From NCBI GenBank assembly GCA_963737985.1, contig CAVTUU010000001.1:34277-98276 (forward strand): 64,000 nucleotides of DNA. The letters are read 5' to 3'. This DNA is from an uncultured Chloroflexia bacterium. GTDB taxonomy: Bacteria > Chloroflexota > Chloroflexia > Thermomicrobiales > UBA6265. Positions 8,516 to 16,608 of this stretch are shown piece after piece. A model generated the notes under the pieces. It was not told the origin of the DNA. It saw only the letters and a list, made by a program, of their open reading frames with translations, and made no database searches. Position 1 is the stretch's first letter. The number at the start of each line of letters is the position of its first letter. The translations under genes were made by a program, and so were the position numbers.

Positions 8516-9190
8516 ATGGCGAAAACTCGTACAGTCAAAAGTTCATCGACTCGACGTTCGCCTTCTCGGCTAAGGCTGACGCGATTGCGCAAACCCGAAT
8601 TGATCTTCGCGGTTATGGCCCTCATCGTTGTGTTCGCACTGATCATTGGGGCACTTGGTTCGATCGTCGTCGATCAACTTACGAGTGATAGCGGCAGCAA
8701 TGTGGACACGATTACCACGGAACAAAGCGATGTCGAAAAAGAGTTTCGCGACGCGGCCCAAGCGAATCCGAACGATCCGGAAGCTCTGAAGGCATTGGCC
8801 AACTATTTGGCGCAGACGGGCAACGTAGCCGAGGCAATAACGTGGTACGAGAAGGCGCTCGCGCTCAATCCGAACGACGCGGTGACGAGACTGGCGTTTG
8901 CCGATGCCCTTGCCGGTGGCGGTAAGCGTGCGGATGCCGAACTTCAATACAAGAAAGTCTTCGAGCTTCAGCCGAGCAATCCGCAAGCGCATTTCGGATT
9001 GGCTGAGCTCTATCGGAACTGGTCCCCGGCGCGAACATCGGACGCGATTGTCGAATATCAAAATACAATCCAAGTTGGTCCTGATAGTTACGTCGCGGAA
9101 CTTGCGAAACAACAGTTGGTAGCATTAGAACCAGGTACGCCGTCTCCAGTTGCGAGTCCGGCGACCCCATCAGGAGAGTTAAATCCATGA
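8516..9190 (+). CDS. Membrane-anchored TPR-repeat protein
   Basis: N-terminal TM, then TPR-like repeats (AITWYEKALALNPND, YKKVFELQPSNPQAHFGLAELY); RBS GAGGAG. Confidence 0.88.
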   Translation: MAKTRTVKSSSTRRSPSRLRLTRLRKPELIFAVMALIVVFALIIGALGSIVVDQLTSDSGSNVDTITTEQSDVEKEFRDAAQANPNDPEALKALANYLAQTGNVAEAITWYEKALALNPNDAVTRLAFADALAGGGKRADAELQYKKVFELQPSNPQAHFGLAELYRNWSPARTSDAIVEYQNTIQVGPDSYVAELAKQQLVALEPGTPSPVASPATPSGELNP

Positions 9191-9366
9191 CCGAAAACGC
9201 ACCGCCGAATACCATGATTAGTGAGGAACTTCTGTCGATCTTAGTTTGCCCACTGGACAAAGCAGAGGTGACGTTGGTTGACAACGAACTCATTTGCACG
9301 CAGTGCGGACGCCACTATCCGATCGAAAACGGCATTCCAAACATGCTCGTCGAAGACGGTGATTAG
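9187..9366 (+). CDS. Trm112-family (UPF0434) zinc-ribbon protein
   Basis: 59 aa, below the ORF-track cutoff: [59 protein letters not shown]; ATGA overlap with the TPR gene. Confidence 0.9.
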   Translation: MTENAPPNTMISEELLSILVCPLDKAEVTLVDNELICTQCGRHYPIENGIPNMLVEDGD

Positions 9367-9395
9367 CGAACGTTCGTTCTGCTCGCTGCTATACT
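9367..9395 (+). promoter_or_regulatory. LexA (SOS) box and extended -10 promoter of ruvB
   Basis: CGAAC-GTTC-GTTCT (GAAC-N4-GTTC) at 9367-9380; TGCTATACT at 9387-9395, 6 nt before the ATG. Confidence 0.75.
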
Positions 9396-9401
9396 TCCGC
9401 G

Positions 9402-10487
9402 ATGGATGAGAGCGCGGGAAACCGAATTCACACTGCCTCCCTGGCGCGCGATGCCGGTCGTGTTACGACTGCTCGAGTACGTATCGAAGACGCGCAGATT
9501 GAACGCAGCCTCAGGCCCAAGCGACTGTCCGAATATATTGGGCAAGATCGCGTCAAGGCGACACTGTCGATTTTTATCGAAGCGGCGAAGAAACGCGGCG
9601 AAACGCTTGATCACTTACTCCTCTATGGTCCGCCTGGACTAGGCAAGACGACGCTGGCGGCAATCGTCGCTGCCGAAATGAACGTCAGTTTGCGTGTAAC
9701 TTCGGGTCCCGCGATCGAGCGGGCAGGGGATCTTGTTTCCATCTTGACGAATCTCAAGGCCGGCGATGTGCTCTTTATTGACGAGATTCATCGCTTGAAT
9801 AGAGTTGTCGAAGAAGTGCTTTATCCCGCGATGGAAGACTATGCGGTCGACATCGTGATCGGAAAAGGGCCAGCCGCACGTACGATGCGAATCAACCTTC
9901 CTCGGTTCACGCTGGTCGGTGCGACGACTCGGCTAGCGCTCTTGACCGGACCACTCCGCGACCGGTTCGGCGCCGTCCTTCGACTTGATTTCTACGATCT
10001 TGAAGCGATGGAAGAGATCATCCGGCGTTCCGCGGAGATATTGCAGGTTCCACTTGAGGAGGGCGGGGCGCATGCAATCGCACTTCGATCACGAGGAACT
10101 CCTCGCGTGGCGAATCGATTGTTGAAACGCGTCAGAGACTATGCGCAAGTGAATGCGGAGGGCGAAATATCGGAGGCAATCGCGATTGAAGCGTTGGCAA
10201 TGCTCGAGGTGGATGAACTCGGTCTCGACGACGTCGATCGGCGCATTCTTCGCGCGATCATTGAGAAGTTTGAGGGCGGTCCAGTCGGAGTAGAGACGCT
10301 CGCCGCGGCGACGAGCGAAGAAACCGACACGATCATGGATGTGTATGAACCATATTTGATTCAATTAGGCTTTTTACAACGAACGCCGCGCGGGCGAGTC
10401 GTTACTCGGCGCGCATACGAACATATGAAGGCGGTACCGCCCCCCGCGATTGATTCAATGCAGCGGACGCTTTTTGGGGACGTGTGA
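9402..10487 (+). CDS. ruvB: Holliday junction branch migration helicase RuvB
   Basis: [49 protein letters not shown]. Confidence 0.98.
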   Translation: MDESAGNRIHTASLARDAGRVTTARVRIEDAQIERSLRPKRLSEYIGQDRVKATLSIFIEAAKKRGETLDHLLLYGPPGLGKTTLAAIVAAEMNVSLRVTSGPAIERAGDLVSILTNLKAGDVLFIDEIHRLNRVVEEVLYPAMEDYAVDIVIGKGPAARTMRINLPRFTLVGATTRLALLTGPLRDRFGAVLRLDFYDLEAMEEIIRRSAEILQVPLEEGGAHAIALRSRGTPRVANRLLKRVRDYAQVNAEGEISEAIAIEALAMLEVDELGLDDVDRRILRAIIEKFEGGPVGVETLAAATSEETDTIMDVYEPYLIQLGFLQRTPRGRVVTRRAYEHMKAVPPPAIDSMQRTLFGDV

Positions 10488-11548
10488 ATTCGAAAGATTC
10501 GGAACTGCTCGTATCCGATTTTGACTACCAGCTTCCACAGAAATTGATTGCGCAAGAGCCGCTTCTCGATCGAGCTGCGTCTCGATTGCTCGTCGTCGAA
10601 CGTGCGACCAAACGCCTCACCGACGACACTCTCCGCCACATCGATCGATGGCTCCGACCCGGTGATCTCCTCGTTGCGAACAACAGCCGGGTTCTCCCTG
10701 CGCGACTACAGACGATCAAGGTTGAGACCGGCGCCCGTGTTGAATTGCTCTTGCTTCATCCAAACCAGGGCGGAGAATGGACGGCGCTGGCCAAACCCGC
10801 GAAGAAACTGTCGCCTGGAACGCGTTTGGTTGTAACCCCGCGCTCGGAGACAGTGGCCGAACCCGCAAACCTAGAAGTGGTTCGTCGGGGATCTGAAGGC
10901 GAAGTAACTGTACGATTCCTCGATGACGCCATCGACCACCTTGGCGATTATGGTGCGATCCCGCTCCCCCCTTATATCCACGGTCGTCTCGAGAATCCCG
11001 AACGCTATCAAACGGTTTATGCAAGTGCGCCTGGATCGGCAGCTGCACCAACTGCGGGTTTGCACCTAACAAAGGAGCTTATTCGACAGCTACAAGGTCA
11101 AGGAATTCAGTGGACGGAAGTCACATTGCACATAGGGCTTGACACATTTAGACCCGTCACGGTCGATCGAGTGGTGGAACATCGAATTCACACTGAATGG
11201 TGCTCGGTTCGACCCGAAGTTGCCAAGCTCATCCAGCAGACGAAGCAGGATGGGAATCGAGTCGTCGCAATCGGAACCACCGCGGCTCGCACACTCGAAA
11301 CGCTCGGCAACGCCGATGCCGACACATTTGATTCAGGATTTGAAGGCCAGACAAACATTTTCATCACGCCGGGATACACTTGGAAAATTGTAGACGCGCT
11401 ATTGACCAACTTTCATCTGCCACGGTCGACGTTGCTGATGATGGTCAGTGCGCTCGCGGGCCGAGAGTTGATCAAGGAAGCGTATCAATTCGCGATCATC
11501 GAGGAGTATCGGTTTTACTCCTTCGGTGACGCGATGCTGATCGTTTGA
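10484..11548 (+). CDS. queA: S-adenosylmethionine:tRNA ribosyltransferase-isomerase
   Basis: [56 protein letters not shown]. Confidence 0.98.
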   Translation: MNSKDSELLVSDFDYQLPQKLIAQEPLLDRAASRLLVVERATKRLTDDTLRHIDRWLRPGDLLVANNSRVLPARLQTIKVETGARVELLLLHPNQGGEWTALAKPAKKLSPGTRLVVTPRSETVAEPANLEVVRRGSEGEVTVRFLDDAIDHLGDYGAIPLPPYIHGRLENPERYQTVYASAPGSAAAPTAGLHLTKELIRQLQGQGIQWTEVTLHIGLDTFRPVTVDRVVEHRIHTEWCSVRPEVAKLIQQTKQDGNRVVAIGTTAARTLETLGNADADTFDSGFEGQTNIFITPGYTWKIVDALLTNFHLPRSTLLMMVSALAGRELIKEAYQFAIIEEYRFYSFGDAMLIV

Positions 11549-11571
11549 AAAAAGAACGAGGGTCGAATCAG

Positions 11572-12165
11572 ATGGCGGAAGGTGTAGATGTTCTTTCTCG
11601 TGAGGCCGCTTGGGGGCTCGTTACGGAGTTCATTCAAAGTGACAGCTTGCGGCGCCACTGTCTATCCGTAGAGACGGCTATGCGAGCGTACGCGGTCAAG
11701 AATGGAGAAGAGCCGGACGATTGGGGTCTGGTTGGGTTAATCCACGACTTTGACTATGAGATCCACCCAACGCTTGACGAGCATCCTCAAGCAGGCGTTC
11801 CGATTCTCGAGGAGCGCGGCTATCCCGACTGGGTCATTCGAGCAATCCTCAGTCATGCCGATCATCTCGACGTTTCGCGAGAATCGCAGCTCGAGAAGAC
11901 GCTCGCTGCGGTTGACGAGCTCACAGGTTTCATCACCGCCGTCACGTACGTGCGGCCATCGAAATCGATCAAAGAAGTATCTGCGCAATCGGTTCGCAAG
12001 AAAATGAAAGACAAGGCGTTCGCCCGTGCGGTAGACCGGCAAGCGATGCTCGATGGAGCTGAAGAGCTCGGCGTCGATTTCGATGAGCATGTACAGTTTG
12101 TGATCGAGGCAATGACGGCAAATGCCGACGAGCTTGGACTTGCCGGAGTTGCCGCCGATGCGTAA
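11572..12165 (+). CDS. HD-domain (HDIG-type) predicted hydrolase
   Basis: LRRHCLSVE, GLIHDFDYE, HPQAG, AILSHA, AVDELTGFI, KKMKDKAFARAVDR. Confidence 0.9.
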   Translation: MAEGVDVLSREAAWGLVTEFIQSDSLRRHCLSVETAMRAYAVKNGEEPDDWGLVGLIHDFDYEIHPTLDEHPQAGVPILEERGYPDWVIRAILSHADHLDVSRESQLEKTLAAVDELTGFITAVTYVRPSKSIKEVSAQSVRKKMKDKAFARAVDRQAMLDGAEELGVDFDEHVQFVIEAMTANADELGLAGVAADA

Positions 12166-12877
12166 TCGGTTGGCGTTGGTTGCGTTCATGGTTGCGATCG
12201 CGGTGGGTTTCGCAGGCTGCGGATCAAAGTCTTCGGACGACAATTCAAACAACGACAATGCTCCAACGGCGTCAGATGCCGACATTACTAGCGGATGCTG
12301 GAAAGCATCACAGCGAGATCGAACATCGGGAGGAGAGTCCGAAGTGGCAAATCAAATGCAATGGAAAGAACCGCCGGCAATGACGATCGATCCATCGAAA
12401 AAATACACAGCGACGATCGAGACGAGCGCCGGCTCGGTTCAGGTCGAGTTCTTTCCAAGCGACGCGCCGAATACGGTCAACAACTTCGTCTGCCTTGCGA
12501 AAGCCGGCTACTACGACAATACGCCGTTTCATCGCATCATCAAAGGCTTCGTGATTCAAGGAGGAGATCCAACGGGCACCGGTACCGGGGGACCAGGCTA
12601 CCGGTTTGCGGACGAGCCCATTTCGAAGGACTACACTAAGGGCGTCCTGGCGATGGCGAATGCCGGCAAAGATACGAACGGCAGTCAGTTCTTCATCGTG
12701 ACCGCTGACCTACGTGGGAGGCTTCCGAAGAACTACACGATATTCGGTCAGGTCACGAGCGGATTGGACGTTGTTGATACGCTCGAAAACTCGCCTGTCA
12801 CGACGAGCAATACCGGGGAGCAGTCGAAGCCAGTCAATCCAGTCACTTTGAATAAGGTCACGATTCAAGAGTCTTAA
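12158..12877 (+). CDS. Cyclophilin-type peptidyl-prolyl isomerase, lipoprotein
   Basis: Lipobox FAGC after a signal peptide; FHRIIKGFVIQGGDPTGTGTGGPGY, AMANAG, TNGSQFFI. Confidence 0.95.
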   Translation: MRNRLALVAFMVAIAVGFAGCGSKSSDDNSNNDNAPTASDADITSGCWKASQRDRTSGGESEVANQMQWKEPPAMTIDPSKKYTATIETSAGSVQVEFFPSDAPNTVNNFVCLAKAGYYDNTPFHRIIKGFVIQGGDPTGTGTGGPGYRFADEPISKDYTKGVLAMANAGKDTNGSQFFIVTADLRGRLPKNYTIFGQVTSGLDVVDTLENSPVTTSNTGEQSKPVNPVTLNKVTIQES

Positions 12878-12957
12878 GCCCATCGCCTTGGCTAGGCGAT
12901 TGAATGTGGGCATGACCCACATGGCCCGACAAACCTCGAAAGAACCGGCAAAATCAT

Positions 12958-12997
12958 GAAAACGGCGCCCCGCATAATGGGACGCCGTTTCTATTTA
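12958..12997. terminator. Probable bidirectional intrinsic terminator
   Basis: AAACGGCGCCCC...GGGACGCCGTTT stem between convergent genes, A/T runs on both sides. Confidence 0.7.
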
Positions 12998-13025
12998 CCT
13001 ATTGCTTGAGTTGATGTTTCGCTTG

Positions 13026-13244
13026 CTAGGCGGCTTCGGCCAGACCCTCGCACAGGGCTTCATACTGGCGGAGAAGCTGAATCCAAAAGTCTTCTAACTT
13101 CGTCACATCTTCGCCGGCTGCAATCATTCGATCAATATACGCGTAGCCGGTTTCGAGGCGGCGGGTCAGTTCGAGCTGCATGTCACCGCCGAGCTCGAGT
13201 CTAGGCGAGTCGCCATCTTGGTGGGACCGAGAATGCTGCGACAT
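13026..13244 (-). CDS. Small helical hypothetical protein
   Basis: RBS GGAGG 9 nt before ATG 13244; own -10 TATAAT at 13284-13289; sequence ...RRLETGYAYIDRMIAAGEDVTKLEDFWIQLLRQYEALCEGLAEAA. Confidence 0.8.
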   Translation of the reverse strand: MSQHSRSHQDGDSPRLELGGDMQLELTRRLETGYAYIDRMIAAGEDVTKLEDFWIQLLRQYEALCEGLAEAA

Positions 13245-13335
13245 CGGCAACTACCTCCAACTTTCTTCAGGTCACTACTGAGCATTATAAGCAGAAATGC
13301 ACAGTTATACCTAGACCATTGGTATGAATTGAATC

Positions 13336-13962
13336 CTAAGATGCCAACTCAAGCGACGCTCGGCGATTTTGCAATTTTTCAATAAAGGCAGACGCATCGC
13401 GACGTGAAAGTTCATGGGCGGCTAGTCCATATGCCCGCTGGATTTCTTCTTTCAGATCCTCTTCGCTCAAACCGGCCTCGCGAGCGACGGCTTCCATGAA
13501 CTTGAGTTGACGCGGCGTCGCGGCCTGGCCAACTTGCGCCACTCTCTTGTCAGCGCCCCCGTTGCCCTCCGCGACTCTTCGACCCCGAGTGGAGGCAAAG
13601 TCGATCGGCGAGTCAACCACTTTGCCGGCCGCTGCGCCGAAATCGAAGTCGGGGCAGAACTGAGTACCAAAACCGAGGGCGGCAAGAGCACGACCAAGCG
13701 ACTTAGTCTCGGCCTTCTCGAGGTAATCTCGAAAGTCGTCCTGCGCCTCGCTGCCCCAGCCGGTCGCGGACCCTCCGCCAGGAATAGATACGCGGGCGCG
13801 GAAAACCGCCAACTGACCGTCGTGGGAAACAAGCTCGGTATCAACGGAAGCGTCTGGGTACGACTCACGTAACCAGACCAACCGCCATTTGACCTCAAGA
13901 TAATCCGAACTTCCTACTTTCGTCAGGTACTTGCTCGGATCGAAGACTACTTGCTGGCTCAT
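13336..13962 (-). CDS. Rad52/Rad22-like single-strand DNA annealing protein
   Basis: YLEVKWRLVWLR...ATGWGSE...YLEKAETKSLGRALAALGFG resembles the Rad52/Sak annealase core; C-terminal ATPRQLKFM...LSRRDASAFIEKL helical domain is typical of such proteins. Confidence 0.75.
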   Translation of the reverse strand: MSQQVVFDPSKYLTKVGSSDYLEVKWRLVWLRESYPDASVDTELVSHDGQLAVFRARVSIPGGGSATGWGSEAQDDFRDYLEKAETKSLGRALAALGFGTQFCPDFDFGAAAGKVVDSPIDFASTRGRRVAEGNGGADKRVAQVGQAATPRQLKFMEAVAREAGLSEEDLKEEIQRAYGLAAHELSRRDASAFIEKLQNRRASLELAS

Positions 13963-13980
13963 CAAATTCCCTCACCATCT

Positions 13981-14029
13981 AGAACTTTTGTTCTAATAGA
14001 ATTGTAGACCTGAATCGGTCCATTGTCAA
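13981..14029 (-). promoter_or_regulatory. Near-consensus sigma-A promoter with LexA box at the transcription start
   Basis: TTGACA (14029-14024)-N17-TACAAT (14006-14001), then AGAAC-AAAA-GTTCT (13994-13981). Confidence 0.85.
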
Positions 14030-14164
14030 GCAGGCAACGGTTCAAATACTCACTCATTGGCGGAACCAAGAAGTGCGAAAATCGATCAATTCTCCGGTCG
14101 CTATCCGATGGTTCGGATGGCGGGAGAAACGAGCACCGCACTGCCATGTGTGGGAAGAAGCGTG

Positions 14165-14173
14165 TGCTATAAT
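14165..14173 (+). promoter_or_regulatory. Extended -10 promoter of dnaN-recF
   Basis: TGCTATAAT about 45 nt before the dnaN start. Confidence 0.6.
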
Positions 14174-14217
14174 CGCCCCAAATCTGTGTACGGACACTCT
14201 ATGGAAGGGATGAACGA

Positions 14218-15360
14218 GTGAAGGTTTCTTGCCTTCAAGAGAATCTCCAGCGTGCGCTCGGTCAGGTTTCGCGAGCAGTTGCGACGAAGACGGCATTGCC
14301 CGTATTGAGCAACGTCCTGATTTCTACTGACGATGGCCGACTGAAGGTTGCGGCGACGAATCTGGAGATCGGCATCACGACGTGGATTGCGGCGGATATC
14401 GAAACTGAAGGCAAGATTACAGTCGACGCGCGTTTGTTGGGGGAGTTCGTGGCGACACTTCCAAACGACCAAATCCAAATGAGCGCCAATGCATCCGGCA
14501 CCTCGCTCGCGGTGCAAAGTGGCCGCGACAAAGCCGCAATTAATGGAATTGACGCTGAAGATTTTCCTGTGATTCCCGTCGTGGGCGACGATGCGTTGAG
14601 TGTCGAAGTCGACGGCCAAATGCTCCGCGAGATGATTAGTCAGGTTGAGTTCGCCGCGGCAAGCGACGAAAGCCGACCTGTGCTTGCCGGCGTTCTGCTC
14701 CGCTTGGAAGGCTCCGAAATAACGCTTGCCTCCGCCGATGGTTTTCGGCTCGCGGTGCGCGAAGGCAAACTCCCGCTGCCGGTCGACGAAAAGGTCGACG
14801 TGATTGTACCGGCCAAGGCAATGCGGGAGCTTTCGCGGATCATCGGCGATCAGACCGACCCGATTCGGCTGGCAATCACGCCGAATCACAGCCAGCTGCT
14901 CGTGAGGGCTGGCGAAACCGAATTTCTGTCGCGCCTCATCGAGGGTACATTTCCGGACTATCGCCAGATTATTCCTCGCGAATTCAACACGAAAGCAACG
15001 ATTGGCCGAGATCCGCTCTTGAACGCGGTCCGCCGCGCAGGTTACTTTGCGCGTGACAACAACGACGTCGTTCGCATCGCGATCAATCCCGGCGAAGACG
15101 AATCAGTCCCAGGAACGATCGAGGTTTCGGCAACTGCCGCGGAACGAGGCAACAGCCAGAGCTTCGTCGATGCATCGATTGGCGGTCCCGAACTTCAGGT
15201 CGCGTTCAACTCGAGGTATCTCGTCGATGTGCTCGGCGTTATTCGCCATGGCCAAGTGATTCTGGGTCTGAACGGCGCGAATCAGGCTGGTGTTGTTCGA
15301 GAGTCAGGCAATGAGGAATACACTCACGTCATCATGCCTATGGTTATTGGTGCGCAATAG
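14218..15360 (+). CDS. dnaN: DNA polymerase III beta sliding clamp
   Basis: LPVLSNVLI, ATNLEIGI, SRPVLAGV, SADGFRLA, LIEGTFPDY, VIMPM. Confidence 0.98.
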   Translation: MKVSCLQENLQRALGQVSRAVATKTALPVLSNVLISTDDGRLKVAATNLEIGITTWIAADIETEGKITVDARLLGEFVATLPNDQIQMSANASGTSLAVQSGRDKAAINGIDAEDFPVIPVVGDDALSVEVDGQMLREMISQVEFAAASDESRPVLAGVLLRLEGSEITLASADGFRLAVREGKLPLPVDEKVDVIVPAKAMRELSRIIGDQTDPIRLAITPNHSQLLVRAGETEFLSRLIEGTFPDYRQIIPREFNTKATIGRDPLLNAVRRAGYFARDNNDVVRIAINPGEDESVPGTIEVSATAAERGNSQSFVDASIGGPELQVAFNSRYLVDVLGVIRHGQVILGLNGANQAGVVRESGNEEYTHVIMPMVIGAQ

Positions 15361-15402
15361 TCGAGATCGCGCAATTGACCGGTCAGCGATGTATGTGACC
15401 TA

Positions 15403-16608
15403 ATGCGATTAAGATCGCTTCTCCTCGAAGAGTTTCGTTCATATCATCGCCAACGAGTCGAATTCGCCCCTCGCGGTTTAGGTTTATTCGGAGAAAATGC
15501 GAGCGGCAAGTCGACCGTGCTCGAGGCGATCGCGATGCTCGCGACAACGCGTTCGCCTCGCACCTCGACCGAACGCGAGTTGATCAATTGGCAGAGCGGT
15601 GAGGTTCTCTCTGTCCCGCCATTCAGTCGCATAGAAGCTGAAATCGAACGATCCGATGAGTTGGTTGAAATATCGATTGGAGTTCAGGCTGATCCCAATC
15701 GTCCATCTCAGGTCAAAAAGCAAATCAAAGTAAACGGACGACCGACTAGAGCGATGGATGCAGTTGGTCGATTCAACGCGGTTCTCTTCTCACCCGAAGA
15801 TGTTTCTCTTGTTACCGGTCCACCGTCGAACCGGCGCCGATATCTTGACCTAGTCATCTCTCAAGTTGATCGTCGCTATCTCAAGGCACTCTCCAGATAT
15901 TCGCGAATGATCGAACAGCGAAATAGCCTATTGCGATCGCTTGGACGCGACGGAGTGCCACCGAACTCGGAAGCCGCATCGGGACAACTTAGCTTCTGGG
16001 ACCAAGAGCTCATTCGACTCGGTTCAGTTTTGATCGCGCGACGCGCTTCGACGATTCGAAAATTGAACGCACTGGCCGAACAACGATTCGAATGGCTCGC
16101 AAAATCGTCGTCATTGGGTGTGATCTACTCGCCAAGTCTCGCCGGAGATTGGATCGTCCAGTCGGAAGATTCATCGACCGACGATGAAATTCAAGGCGTC
16201 GTTGCGCGAGAGTATGAGTTGCGATTGCCCCAAGTTCGTGCGGAAGAGCTTCGACGCGGCGTGACACTGCTCGGGCCACATCGCGACGACCTTACCCTTG
16301 AAATCGATGGGCATGATCTCGCTGCCTTTGGATCGCGCGGACAACAGCGTCTCGCCGTGGTTGCGCTGAAACTCGCGGAAGCCGATCTCATGAGGCAAGA
16401 AACGGGTGAAACTCCGGTTTTGTTGCTCGACGACGTCCTATCTGAACTTGATCCTGAGCATCGATCGCTCTTGCTGCAGGCGATTTCAGAAATGGGCGGA
16501 CAAGTCATCCTCACTGCAGCTGATCCGGGACTGCTTCAATCGGATGAACTCGTGGGCATACCGGTCGTCGAAATTGCCAATGGAACGATCAACGGAGAGC
16601 AACGCTAG
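15403..16608 (+). CDS. recF: DNA replication/repair protein RecF
   Basis: GENASGKSTVLEAI, VLFSPED, RRRYLD, GPHRDDL, GSRGQQR, LLLDDVLSELD. Confidence 0.98.
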   Translation: MRLRSLLLEEFRSYHRQRVEFAPRGLGLFGENASGKSTVLEAIAMLATTRSPRTSTERELINWQSGEVLSVPPFSRIEAEIERSDELVEISIGVQADPNRPSQVKKQIKVNGRPTRAMDAVGRFNAVLFSPEDVSLVTGPPSNRRRYLDLVISQVDRRYLKALSRYSRMIEQRNSLLRSLGRDGVPPNSEAASGQLSFWDQELIRLGSVLIARRASTIRKLNALAEQRFEWLAKSSSLGVIYSPSLAGDWIVQSEDSSTDDEIQGVVAREYELRLPQVRAEELRRGVTLLGPHRDDLTLEIDGHDLAAFGSRGQQRLAVVALKLAEADLMRQETGETPVLLLDDVLSELDPEHRSLLLQAISEMGGQVILTAADPGLLQSDELVGIPVVEIANGTINGEQR

